Shown here in pieces: positions 12,026 to 27,533 of a stretch of 64,000 nt of DNA. The notes under the pieces were generated by a model. The model saw nothing but the letters and a program-made list of their open reading frames with translations, was not told where the DNA came from and did not search any database. A program made the translations under genes and the position numbers. The stretch spans positions 39,928,001-39,992,000 of the forward strand of contig OZ024751.1 in the NCBI GenBank assembly GCA_964016885.1. Reading direction: 5' to 3'. The stretch is from Eledone cirrhosa (taxonomy: Eukaryota). The stretch's first letter is position 1. Every line of letters begins with the position of its first letter.

Positions 12026-13069
12026 ACGTGTATTTAAAACTAGGTCAGTATGTGCTGTAGACTTGGAGCAATTACGTGTCTATGCAACAGCGTTCTGTTC
12101 AATATCATTACATCAATAAGATTTCTTTGTGTGTTTCTCTAATAAACTTGAACACTAAATTAATTAGAATTCTCTGTAAAATCATTTATATGTAAATATG
12201 TTAAAATCATTCTCCGTTAATAGCGAAAGGAAACGGAAACTGAGTCGATGTCATGTATTTAAATAAACTACTTTATAGGCGGGGATAAAACACGATTTCT
12301 CTTCTGTTATCACTGGCTTGTTTATAGTAAGTTAAATCATTTGAATAAAGGAGAAACCAACATTGGATATATTTGAATAGAGGAAGTGGAGACGGGGAAT
12401 AAGAGGGAGGAAAAAGTGGAGAGCGAGTGGGGGAGAAAAGAGGCAGAATTGGTACAAAAAGAAAGAGATATATATAGAGAGAAAGAAAATAATAGAGAAA
12501 GAAAGGAATAAATGAAAAAAGAAAGTCATAACCAGAAATGGAAAAAAAAACCGCCAAATTGGACCAAGGAAAAAATGTGTCGTGGAACCTTTTTAGTTAC
12601 CTCGTATGAAAAGGATTGCTGTGTGTCGTAAGAAGCATCTAAAAGGGTTGGCGACAGAGAGAGCATAGAGTTGTAAAGATTAATTCAAAAAGATCCCCAT
12701 GGTGAATATGAAGTCTGTCGTGGAATCCTGAAGTCTAGCCCCTACTTCATCAGGTAAAATAACTAATACAATTCTTGTTGGGTATTACAGTAATGGCTGG
12801 TAGGACGTGTATTGAGTTTAGTGACTGAAATCTTTGGTGATGTTCTTAATCTGTAAGATTCGTGTCGACATTCGTTTCGAGGGAATTTTTCAGGGTATAT
12901 TTCATCGTTTCCAATATGCTAAACTTAACGATTTTATGTTTTCCATTTCAGATTTTCTTTTCGTTTGCAAGATTATCTTCGAAAATTAATCGTATACATT
13001 CCTGGTGGATTTTAAAATCAGATTTATTATTTATACTTTGTAATTCACACGCGATGTTCACCAATAAAT

Positions 13070-13116
<47 letters not shown>

Positions 13117-13151
13117 ATATATATATATAATATAATATATATATATATATG

Positions 13152-13209
<58 letters not shown>

Positions 13210-13213
<4 letters not shown>

Positions 13214-13411
13214 GATATTAATAAATGGAAACTATATTTATAAAACCATATTTATTTCATTATATATATTTCAAGGATACCAAGTTACATTATGGTATGC
13301 CTTCATCAGACAAAATACAATATATAACAGTTTTATAAATAGACATTGACGTACCCCTTTAAAAATTGACCGTTGTTTTTGGAGGCCTCCAAAAACAACG
13401 GTCAATTTTTA
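13210..13411 (-). mobile_element. Family C element with HHR (13253-13317) and a perfect 52-bp terminal palindrome
   Basis: Minus strand tattttgt-CTGATGA-aggcatacca..tggtatcctt-GAAA-tatata-TA-atgaaata; palindrome taaaaattgaccgttgtttttggagg|cctccaaaaacaacggtcaattttta. Confidence 0.78.
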
Positions 13412-13483
13412 TATATATATATATATATAGTATAGAGTGACATTCTTAATAATATTTACATAAACCACAGTAGGGCTTTGTAA

Positions 13484-13920
13484 AGGCGCGTGGCTTTGTG
13501 GTTAAGGTATTCATCTCACAATCGTAAGGTCGTGAGTTCGATTCTCGGTGGTGCGTTATGTCCTTGAGCAAGACTCCTTATTTCATGTTGCTCCAGTTCA
13601 CTCAGCTGGCAAAAATGAGTTGTACCTGTAGTTCGAAGGGCCAACCTTGTCACACAAAGTATCGATTTGAATCCCCTTAAGAACTATGTTAAGGGTACAT
13701 ATACGTGTGAAGTACTCAGCCACTTACATTATAATACAATAAGGGCTGGACCCGAAATTCTAAGGGGTCAGTCTTGTTACACACTGTGTCACGCTGAATC
13801 CCCCCTGAAAACTACGTTAAGGGTGTCTGTTTCTATGGAATACTCAGCGACATGTACGTTAATGCCATGAAAGTTGTACCATAGTTTGAAAAACTAAAGT
13901 ACTCATCGTCGTGACTGGTG
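13484..13920 (+). mobile_element. tRNA-derived SINE family 2 with an internal duplication
   Basis: A box tggctttgtggtt, B box gagttcgattc, gtccttgagcaagac motif; duplicated aaggg..cttgtcacac..gaatcccc block. Confidence 0.75.
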
Positions 13921-14539
13921 GAGGTTCAACATATCAGACACATGTTGTCGTTTTTGTTGTTGTCGTTGTTTTATAATTCAACATATTGATTATTTTAGGG
14001 AGGATATCAAGCCCATAATAAAACCTGATCTATATTTTGTTGGTGCGGTTTTTGGGGGGTTTTTTCTAATATATTATGTATTTTATTTCGTTTCTGAATT
14101 TGTTGAATATGTATTTTAATTTTATGGAATTTTACTTGATACACAAGACTAAAGAGGGTTGCATGCTATTCAAAATATATTATTTAAATATTTTCCTCTC
14201 GTGCGAGTAATAATTAGTCTAAAAGCGTTCTGTGATATTGCGTTTATTGAGCCACAATTGCAATATTAACGAGAGGAGAAAGTGTTTAAGCTTTTGATCT
14301 GATATTCCATGATAAAAACACTTGTTTTTATTCTTTTTCTTGTACTTTTTGGGGCTGAAATGCAAAGAGAAAATGCGAATTTCAGATCTGAATAAAGACT
14401 GTAATTTAATAATATAGACCATCAAATATGTATAGTGAAAATAGTTTTAAAAAGGATATAGAAAAATTATTCAAAACATATTACGATATAACATATCATA
14501 TCATATCATATATACATATATATATGTATATGTGAATGA

Positions 14540-14580
<41 letters not shown>

Positions 14581-14598
14581 TATATGTGTATATATATA

Positions 14599-14660
<62 letters not shown>

Positions 14661-16111
14661 AATTTACATGAATATATATATATACATATATATATATATA
14701 TTTAGCATAAGCAATATATATATTCTTAAAACAATGCATAAATTCATACTTTCATTCATGCATACTTTCAAATATTATAAACAAAATCTATAGCATATGT
14801 GGATATATTTGGATAATAACAGAAACATGAAAAAACCAAAGAGAATAGAGAGAACTACTACATCTCCAAATACATTATGTTAGATTACGTTTTTGAAACA
14901 AAATAACTACGAGATAAAAAATGCTGGGGTGAACATAAAAACACTACTATTTGATAGGAAAGAAATCTATACAAACATTATCGTTCATAAATTTGGATAA
15001 ATTCGTAAGTCCTATGGGGGCAAAAGTAGTGACGTTTTAGAAAAGTTCGTGTGATGTGCATAAAAAAGCGAGAATGCAGGAACATTCTCAGAAATATTTG
15101 GATGTTATGGAGATGGAAAGACTAAAATTGTGACAGAGATCCGTCTGCCATGGAAAGGGATAGTTTAGGGTACTGAAATATTTTGAGAAAAGCCTTCTTG
15201 AAAACACGAGTGAAAGGTCTCCACCTGTCTTCTCGATCTCGTTTTCTACATGTATGTTCGATGTTTGTGTAACGGGTGGATGTTCTCCTCCCCTGTTCTC
15301 TATCTAGTGTGCTACATATTCTTCTATGTATTTTCCATTGTCAGGTGACAAATGTCAGGTCCTCAAGTAATGTCCAACGCCATACGGCTCATAGTCTTCC
15401 CTCATAGCCGATTCCAAGCCCGATTACAAAGAGAAAAGAGTTGGGCACCGAAATAGAAACCCGCCTCGTCACAACTTAAACTAAAACATAAGCGTCAAAG
15501 AAAAACATATAGAATGATATTGATACAAGTACTTCCAACTAATAACAATACACTGTACGTTGTCACCTTGACATATTAAACTGGTTTTCAGACGTCACGA
15601 GAACCAGAAGCTAAAAACTGAAAAACAAATCTAAAACAAGGAAACAATCCCAGTTGACAAACCCTACTTTGAAATACAAATGATACAATAACTGATGAAT
15701 GTGAAAAGTGAAGGAAGAAAGTTATTTTGTACGATAGTTATTCGTGATGAAAACTTCTCTTAAGGAGACAGCTCTGCGTGTGTCTTATAAGAGTAACGTC
15801 TGACTAGAGTGAGAGATTATATGCATGCTTGGTTCAGCTGGGGCGGGAAGGAATGAAACGAAAGTGACACAGAAGCTTTTTAAGATTACAGAAAACATTA
15901 GGTTGGGTACCAAGAGACATTAATATACAAGATTTTCTCTCGAGTTTTAAGACAACAATAATTCAGTGAGTAAGTTATATTGCAGATAACAAACTATTTT
16001 AGTCAAATACATGCGTAGTAAAATCATTTATTTGTTTATTCATTTTCATGACTATAGTTATTTATTTTTATTCATTACCCGTCTACTGTATAAATCTATA
16101 TATATATATAT

Positions 16112-16329
16112 ATGTAAAAGGTAAACAAAAATAACAACACAATCGGTACAGTATATGGAAGGGATATATTAGGTTAACGCTTGATATAGCAGGAAGAGGG
16201 TCTTAACGTTTCGGACGCTAGTCATTCATCAGAAGAAAGAATGAGAAATAAGAAAGATTGAGGGGACTGGAGGGTTGGAATTGGAAAAAATGTCTTTAGA
16301 TAAAAATAACAGGTCCATTCATGTTGACA

Positions 16330-16330
<1 letters not shown>
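16112..16330 (-). mobile_element. Family A element with HHR at 16201-16236
   Basis: Minus strand tctt-CTGATGA-atgactagcgtcc-GAAA-CGTT-aaga. Confidence 0.75.
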
Positions 16331-16361
<31 letters not shown>

Positions 16362-16373
16362 TCTCTCTCTCTC

Positions 16374-16503
<130 letters not shown>

Positions 16504-16767
16504 AATTGCCTTAACTTGAACATAAATACAACCAGAATTGAACCAAAACGAAGACCGAGACGAAACAAACGTAAAGCATACACCTACACTACAATCAACC
16601 CCAAACACCAGAGACATGCACACCTTGTTTTAAATAGGAGGTGAAGAAAAATGTTGAAGTAGCCAATGGAATGTGTTAGTAAGCTGCCTCTTCAAATTTT
16701 TTTTCACATATTCACTTTATGCAAACGTTAATTAACCGACATAAAACGGATACTTCTATTTCTTCTC

Positions 16768-16804
<37 letters not shown>

Positions 16805-16884
16805 TCTTTCTTTATTTGCCACAGAGGCGTACAAAAATGAAACATTACAAGACGTGACGGCAGGGGTTTTACATAAAATCTTTA

Positions 16885-17079
16885 ACAATAATTGTTTCTA
16901 CTTTTGGCACAAGGCCAGCAATTATCCCAGTACATTACCGGTACTTTATTTTATCGACCCCGTAAGGATGAAAGGCAAAGTTGACCTCCTCGGCGGGATT
17001 TGAACTCAGAATAGAAAGGGCCGTAACTCTATGCGTCAAAGCATGACGTCCGACCCTCTACCGATACTGCCAATCCACC
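16885..17079 (-). mobile_element. SINE family 1 with TSD ttaacaataat
   Basis: Full head, core and tail; flanking direct repeat. Confidence 0.9.
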
Positions 17080-17602
17080 TTAACAATAATGAATGACATA
17101 AAACTATATATAAAATTTAAAAAATAAAATAAAATAGATAGATAGATAGATAGATAGATATCATGCTGTCTGCTGCGTGACTGGTTACGCAATTGAACAA
17201 TCGCGTAGCCATGATCATCATTGATGTATGTATCACAGCTTTGTTGATAAAGACTCTTTAACAGCTACGCCAAACCTCGCATTTTCCCTATTCTATATAT
17301 ATATATATATATACACATATATATATATATATATGTGTGTGTATATATATATATATATGTATGTATGTATATGTATGTATATATATATATATATATATAT
17401 ATTTGTGTGTGTGTGTGCAGGCGTATGTGAGGCCATAAATGCTTAGCATTACATGAAATATTAACAAAAGAGTGCATTGTTAGAAAGGAAGGGGGGAAAT
17501 AGATAAAGCGACCTCTGGTGGTTGTTATTCATATTATTCCATTAAAAATGAAATATCAACATAAATACTAAGATCACATAAAAACACAGAATTTTCGGAC
17601 AT

Positions 17603-17674
<72 letters not shown>

Positions 17675-18032
17675 AACTCCTCAGTTAAAAATGAATTCAA
17701 ACCGCATAAATGCATTCCTTTCAGCAGATCTAGAATTATTGATCCATAAAATTTTAAATGCATAATATACTCTGTAGGAAACCAGCATCCAGCATCCATA
17801 AACATATTACAGACCTCGAAGTTGTATCGATCTTTTACAGATGATCGCTAGAGAAATGGTAAATTTCCAAGCTTGAAAATCACTGATTTCACACTATGGA
17901 GATTTATATATTTCGTTAAAGTTGTTTTAGGTAAACCAGTACAATGGCGGTTAGAAATACTGGTGTGAACACATTTTATAGTTGTTACCTGGTATTCCAT
18001 GATATTTCGGGGTAAATAATAACAACAACAAT

Positions 18033-18254
18033 AATATCAGTTTCTGATATAGGCACAAGGCCAGCAATTTTGGAGGAGGGGAAAGTCGATTAAATCGACC
18101 CCAGTACATTACTGGTACTTTATTTTATCGACCCCGTAGGGATGAAAGGCAAAGTTAACTTCGGCGGGATTTGAACTCAGATCATAAAGGGCCGTAACTC
18201 TATGCTGCAAAGCATGGCATCCGACCCTCTACCGATACTGCCAATCCACCACCC
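18033..18254 (-). mobile_element. SINE family 1 (long-tail variant) with TSD aacaacaacaataatatca
   Basis: Full match; flanking direct repeat. Confidence 0.9.
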
Positions 18255-18877
18255 TCAACAACAACAATAATATCAATAACAAGGTAATATAGTTTGTATG
18301 ATGTAGTGCATGTTATGGAGTTAAAAGGTTTTGGAGAAAACCAGTGCAATGCAAAATAAAAATATAGGAATGAAAACGAGAGTAAAGTAAGATGAAACAA
18401 AATAACAATTTATATTTTTAACTTACGTTTCGGTGTTTTAGAACCTTTTTCAAACAGAAAAGAGAAATGGAGTGCGATGATGATTGTTAACTAAAATTGC
18501 TTGATGAAAGACATTGATATGTAAGTTAGAAATACATGAAGAAAAACGAAAGTCAAGTAAGACAAAACAAAGAAACATCACTTTATATTTTTTACTTATA
18601 TTTTATGATATTTCGGTGTTAATATGTCTTTTTCCGGAAAAAAAAAGAAAAAATGGAATGTGACGATGGTGATGATGGTGAGCCAGTGCTATTTATTTAT
18701 TTATTTATTTTATATCCATTTGAGGCAGGATTTCAAAGAGTACCAAACGAAAATTCAATGATGCTATTTCAAATAGGGAATTTCTCTTTTGACTTTTCAT
18801 TCTGAAGCCATAAATGATGATTAGCTTTTGAATGAAACGTTTTCCGATAGCAAAATGATATTTAAAATGATATTAAT

Positions 18878-18944
<67 letters not shown>

Positions 18945-19008
18945 CGACGACGACGACGTTTAAAATTTACTGTAATAGATTTATTCATTTCTACGTTCCG
19001 CACGTCTC

Positions 19009-19193
19009 ATTGATATTGTAAAGTGAGTATAGGTGAATCAACGCGAGAATATGACTGGTACTAATGTCATTGGCTGATGATGAGATACCTAAACATGTCA
19101 GGAGTTGTCCCCCGTGGTTAGGACCGGCGCTACCTTTAAGATCTCAGATATAGGTTTGTATAACAAGATTACATATATATATATACATATATC

Positions 19194-19276
<83 letters not shown>

Positions 19277-19486
19277 TCACATATATATATGTATGTGTGT
19301 ATGGATATGTGTATATATATATGTAATCTAGTTATACAAACCTATATCTGAGATCTTAAAGGTAGCGCCGTTCCTGACCACGGGAGACAACTCCTGACAT
19401 GTTTAGGTATCTCATCATCAGCCAATGACATTAGTACCAGTCATATTCTTGGGTTGATTCAACTATACTCACTTTACAATATCAAT
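19009..19486. repeat. Inverted repeat with ~165-bp arms and a (TA/CA)n spacer
   Basis: 19009-19172 is the reverse complement of 19321-19486 with a few mismatches. Confidence 0.92.
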
Positions 19487-19571
19487 ATATATATATATAC
19501 AAGTCTGTATTTTTGCATTCCTATATCTTCTCGTTTATTCTTGCACTATACATACATACATACATACATAA

Positions 19572-19840
<269 letters not shown>

Positions 19841-19855
19841 TATACATATATATAC

Positions 19856-19904
<49 letters not shown>

Positions 19905-19977
19905 TATGTACACGTACATACATATATGCATACCGACGTACTAAGAGTAGGAAATGAAATATCGTTTCATTTTTTCC

Positions 19978-20016
<39 letters not shown>

Positions 20017-20221
20017 ATATACCTGAATAATTTCTAATACATTCGGTTCACGAAATTTAATTTAATTCAATTTACATTTCATGTACAGACTTACACGTGG
20101 ATAGAAATATTAATGAATGATTGATATCATAAAATAACATTCTGTAAACAAACATGATTATTTTCTGTTAAAAATTCATTTTAAATCTACCATTACATTT
20201 CAGAAATATATGAAGTATTTC

Positions 20222-20293
20222 AAATGAGTTTAATTGAAAATCGAAATTTTCACGAATAATTCAAGATCTAAAGGAAATATGTGTGTATATAAA

Positions 20294-20366
<73 letters not shown>

Positions 20367-20471
20367 CAAATATATATACACCAAATATATATATATATAT
20401 ATATACACACACATATTTGGTTTATATCTTGAATTATTCGTGAGAATTTCGATTTTCAATTAAACTCATTT
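20222..20471. repeat. Inverted repeat with ~65-bp arms around (TA)n
   Basis: aaatgagtttaattgaaaatcgaaattttcacgaataattcaaga / tcttgaattattcgtgagaatttcgattttcaattaaactcattt. Confidence 0.88.
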
Positions 20472-20499
20472 ATTGAGAGAATATGCTCCGAAATCATTA

Positions 20500-20585
20500 G
20501 ACGTGTCCTTCGAACCTGCGAGTCCAGAATCAGACAGATCCCCACAATGATCGCGTCTCGAGCTGTCCGCCGGGGAAACAATTGT
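20500..20585 (+). pseudogene. Possible decayed C-terminal fragment of a CRE-type retrotransposon
   Basis: cgcgtctcgagctgtccgccggggaaac resembles cgcgtttctcttgccgtcctccggggaaac (RVSLAVLRGN) at 34357; needs frameshifts. Confidence 0.3.
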
Positions 20586-20667
20586 AACACACAATAAATT
20601 GAGTTCAGATGCATCACTGATTTTTCGTTTTCTAATCTATATATATATATATATATATATATATTTG

Positions 20668-20749
<82 letters not shown>

Positions 20750-20909
20750 GGATGTAAAGTCTGCAGTGCGCGACTGGGGAAACCACAAACCACGATACTC
20801 TTCTATGGATGGAAAGAAGTCGCGTAGGTATACATATATATATATGTATACATATATATATATATGTATACATATATATATATATATGTATACATATATA
20901 TATATATGT

Positions 20910-21000
<91 letters not shown>

Positions 21001-21022
21001 CAAATAACGAAACGAAATTAAC

Positions 21023-21054
<32 letters not shown>

Positions 21055-21140
21055 GACTCTCTTCCTACTATATCAAGCGTTAACTTAATATATCCCTTCC
21101 ATATACTGTACCGATTGTGTTGTTATTTCTGTTTACCTTT

Positions 21141-21145
<5 letters not shown>
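21055..21145 (+). mobile_element. Family A element fragment lacking the HHR core
   Basis: Matches sequence 3' of the predicted cleavage site of family A; (TA)n on both sides. Confidence 0.75.
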
Positions 21146-21179
<34 letters not shown>

Positions 21180-21729
21180 AGAGAGAGACCTATGTACTTG
21201 AAATAGAACTCAAAGCTAGGCAAAGGTCCTCTAATGAAAGTCCTTGGTGGTCCTGGTACTTAAACTAAAGATAAATATCGAGCTCTGAACGTACAATCAA
21301 AGTGGACCTTGACGAAATATGATTTCTGAACTGAGAGAGTTAAAACTAAATAAAATCATGTATGTATAAAATCACTAAATAAAATCATGTATGTATAAAA
21401 TCACTAAATAAAATCACTAAATAAAATCATATATTTTGCTACATATGTATTATCCGTTGGATGGAGTTATCTGTAAGAGATTCTCAGTAAGCTCCTTATA
21501 TTTCAGCATTCGTTAATTCAATGATTCCACCATTCCACTACTCAAGACTGAAAAGCAACGAAGACTTCTTCAGAATTACAACTTAGAACAAGCGGGTTAT
21601 ATTGCAAGGTTATATATCCTCCAACGTTCTAACGATTTTGCCAATTCGTCTCAAGAGACATTGGAAAACTTCAGAAATTTAAGAGCTAAAATAAAAAGAA
21701 AATGGTCCCACTGCACATGATTCAATAAT

Positions 21730-21990
21730 GTGCATATAGCTATTGTCTTAACAGACAATATTAAAATCATTTCTATTGATTCTATGTCGTGTATATAGCT
21801 GTTGTGTTTACAGCTAAAATAAAACTGACTTCAATTGATTCTGTGTCGTGTATATAGCTATTGTATTAATAACTAAAATAAAAATCACTTCACAAGATTT
21901 TGTATCGTGTATATATCTATGATTTTTTGAACAACTAAAATAAAACTGACTTCACAAGATTTTGTGCCGTGTATATAGCTATTGTGTTAT
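21730..21990. repeat. ~60-bp degenerate tandem repeat, 4-5 units
   Basis: gtgtatatagctattgt...aactaaaataaaa...cttca units. Confidence 0.7.
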
Positions 21991-22099
21991 TGGCTATCTC
22001 TCTGTATATCATTACGGCTACATCATCATGTAACTTTTAGAGAGCAATTATGAAACAGTTGCTATAGTCACAAGTGGAAGAAGATAAAATATTTCTCTT

Positions 22100-22910
<811 letters not shown>

Positions 22911-22989
22911 GTCACAGTTGAAAACTTTAAAAAATTATCTAACTTTCACTATAAACGAGTTAATGGATTCTCTCTCTCTCTCTTTCTCA

Positions 22990-23061
<72 letters not shown>

Positions 23062-23441
23062 CTATATATATCTCTCTATATATACATATATGTATATATA
23101 TATATATATATATAAATATAATCGCTCTCTCTCTCTATATATATATATAATATATATATGATATATATATATGATATATATATATGATATATATATGATA
23201 TATATATATATGATATATATATATGATATATATATATGATATATATATATATGATATATATATGATATAAATATGATATATATATATGATATATATATAT
23301 ATATATATGATATATATATATATATGATATATATATATATATGATATATATATACATGATATATATATATATGATATATATATATATGATATATATATGA
23401 TATATATATATATATATATGATATATATATATATATATATG

Positions 23442-23490
<49 letters not shown>

Positions 23491-23945
23491 CCTCTGTCTA
23501 TTTATCTATGCCTGTATCTATCTCTCTTCTACTCTTCTACATATGATAACAACTTTGACTCTGGTGACCATTTTTTTTTGGGGGGGGGGGGGGGTATCAC
23601 CATTATTATTATCATTATAATCATTATTATCATCATCATCATCCTCATTATTACCATTGTTAATAGTTTCAGTTGACTAAATTAAAATATTTTCAATTAA
23701 GATTTCTTAATTGAAAATAAAATTTAAATTAGCAATTGATTCATTCCACGAAGCGAAAATATTTTCCATTTAGATGTAGCTGGTATTATTTTCTTTTACT
23801 TTTTGTTGTTGTTGTTGTTGTTATCGTTGTTATTATCGTTGTTGTTGTTGTTGTCGTCGTCGTCGTTGTTGTTTTAGTTATGGCTCCCGCCAACAAAGTT
23901 AGTAACATCAGGAATAATTATTATCTAAATGTCATTACACTTAAC

Positions 23946-24022
<77 letters not shown>

Positions 24023-24315
24023 ATATGTCCTCTATCATGATACATGACACAAGATCATCTCCTCATAACCAGTTTAAATGCAACACATGATCCAACGAGC
24101 GTGCCTCAACACGATCGATTTATATGTTAGAAATAACAGCCAAATTACACCCTACCAACTATAAAAAAAAAGAGAACACATTTTATAACATAGTCTTAGA
24201 TACACTAAGCCTGAACAAGACAGATTTATTATATTTGTAATGCCTTGGATGATATATAACTTCGATGAAGGCTGTTCTAGTGAAAACCTGATCTAAATTG
24301 CAGAATCTTTCTAAA

Positions 24316-24498
24316 ATTGTTTCTACTTTTGCCTCAAGGCCAGCAATTACCCAGTACATTACTGGTACTTTATTTTATCGACCCCGTAAGGATGAAAGGC
24401 AAAGTGAACCTCGGCGGGCTTTGAACTCAGACTATAAAAGGCCGTAACCCTTTTCTGCAAAGCATGGCGTCCAACCTTCTACCGATACTGCCAACCCA
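24316..24498 (-). mobile_element. SINE family 1
   Basis: Core, head and tail match. Confidence 0.88.
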
Positions 24499-25543
24499 TC
24501 TTTATATAATGGTTATAATATAGGCGTAAGCCGAATAATTAATTAAATTGAGCCCAGTATTTGACTGGTACATTGACCTCGGCGGGATTTTACTTCAGAA
24601 CCTAGAGCTGGAAAAATACATCATTTTGATTTTAGTTAAAACGCAGGAAGTATAGAACTACCACCACGATCCACCGCCACGAAAAAATATCTTAACTATA
24701 ATAAAGTAAGGAGTGCGGGACTGCGTCCAGAATATATATTTTATCCCTTTGTAAAATAAGTTGGATTACTTTGAATAAATAATGAATGAATATTACATAA
24801 TTAATCTACTAAATGTCGTTATTCTTGATTAAATATAAATAATTTTAAGATTCACTTCTTTAAAATTTTCAAATGTCAACACTTCCGGTTAGCGATCGCT
24901 TAAATAAACATTCATATATTTCCGTCACTAATTTTCTCCTAATGCAGTTTATATATAATATCGTCTTTGTTTAATGTATCATGGATTACGTTACTGATTA
25001 CATAAGACAGTGTAACACAGTCTTCATTCAATGTCTGTGTATATTGTCAATTACGATTTCATTTGACGTATAATATCTACATGCATATATATACTTGCGT
25101 ATAATATCAATATGCACACTACACATGCTAGCAGAAAACCACCTGAAGGGTGGTTTTTCTGCTAGTTCATCATAAAAATTCTACCGATTTCATTTGTTAT
25201 TAAGATATTTAAGGTAGAGAAGAAATTGTATACTGAAAATATATCTGTATCTGTATATTTTTTTAATATATATTAATAGTAGAATATTCACACCTCCTTC
25301 TAAATATTTTCTGGGGGTCAATGTTATTGCTGCGGTATAACTTTGTGAAAAATCTTTTATTAAGACGTCAGAAAGTAAATATTATAGGTAACCTCAATAT
25401 AAACATCGAAAAAGGAAAGTTAGATGAAGATAAGGGAAATATGGTTAATATTTATTGCTACTTACAATTGTTCCCGGCCGCTGAATTTTCGATCTTCTTT
25501 CTTTATTTCTTCTGTTGTTTGGTGGGTTTTCTGGTAGTTTATA

Positions 25544-25717
25544 TAATTGTTTCTACTTTTGGCACAAGGCCAGCAATTATCCCAGTGTATTACTTGTACT
25601 TTATTTTATCGACCTCGTAAGAATGAAAGGCGGGATTTGAACTCAGTCCGTAAAGGGACGTAACTGTGCTGCAAAGCATGGCGTCCGACCCTCTATTACC
25701 TCTGCCAATCCACCGCC
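25544..25717 (-). mobile_element. SINE family 1 with an internal deletion
   Basis: Core shortened between aaaggc and gggatttgaac. Confidence 0.85.
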
Positions 25718-25764
25718 ATACATATATATATATCCACCGCCAATACGTATATATATATAATATA

Positions 25765-26440
<676 letters not shown>

Positions 26441-26825
26441 TATATATATATATATATATTATAATAGAATATAAAAGTTCCTAACTCAATATATACTGTA
26501 TATATATATATATACTGTGTATATATATATATACATACATACATATATATATATATTATGTGTGTGTGTGTGTATGTACCCACACACACAAACATATATG
26601 TGTGTGTGTGTGTGTGTATTAGAGAGAAAGGGCGTCAGGCACTTGCCACCCCTCTCTGTTGTTTACAGGACAGAAGTGGGAAAATATCGATTTTTTTCTC
26701 TTTCGTTGAAAGATAAATTTTAATATTTTTTTGTTTTTCTTATATATTTTTGTTATCTTCAATGTTTGTTTTTTTTAAATTTATTCGTATCAGAAATTTA
26801 CGGTTTCTGTCACATCAGCTTAAAT

Positions 26826-26877
26826 TAACTACAACAGCAACAACAACAACTGCTACTACTACTACTGCTACTATTAC

Positions 26878-26913
<36 letters not shown>

Positions 26914-26931
26914 CACTACTACTACTAGTAA

Positions 26932-26979
<48 letters not shown>

Positions 26980-27315
26980 CACTAAAACTACTACCACTAG
27001 TACTACTACTACCATTACTACCACTACTACTACTATTAATACTTCTACTACTACTACGACCACCACCACTAATATTATCACGACTACTGTTACCACTACT
27101 ACTACCACCACTACAACTACTACCGTTACTACCACTACTACTAATAATAATAATAATACTTCTACTACTACTACTACCACCACCACTAATATTACCACTA
27201 CTACTCCCACTACTACTAAAACAGCAATAACAACAAAATCAGCAATACATCTACAATAACAGCAACAGTAATAACAACAACAGTAACAACAACAACAGTA
27301 ATAACAACAACAACA
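26826..27315. repeat. (ACT/ACC/ACA)n tract
   Basis: Direct reading. Confidence 0.92.
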
Positions 27316-27451
27316 GAATCGTAACTAAAAAAAACAACTGTGTATAAAATTGTTTCAATTTCGAAATATTTTGATTGAAAAAAAAATTTTTAATACGTTG
27401 CTTCCTTTTCACCGTCCACTCCAAAGATATTTTCTATCGGAATATTTTTAT

Positions 27452-27533
<82 letters not shown>

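Noticed and set aside
13484-13560. tRNA gene
   Set aside because: A and B boxes are present but there is no cloverleaf; it continues into a repeated SINE body. The same applies to the family 1 heads.
16545-16580. cgaaga-ccgagac-GAAAC-aaac-GTA HHR-like motif
   Set aside because: CUGANGA box is incomplete and stems I and II are unsupported.
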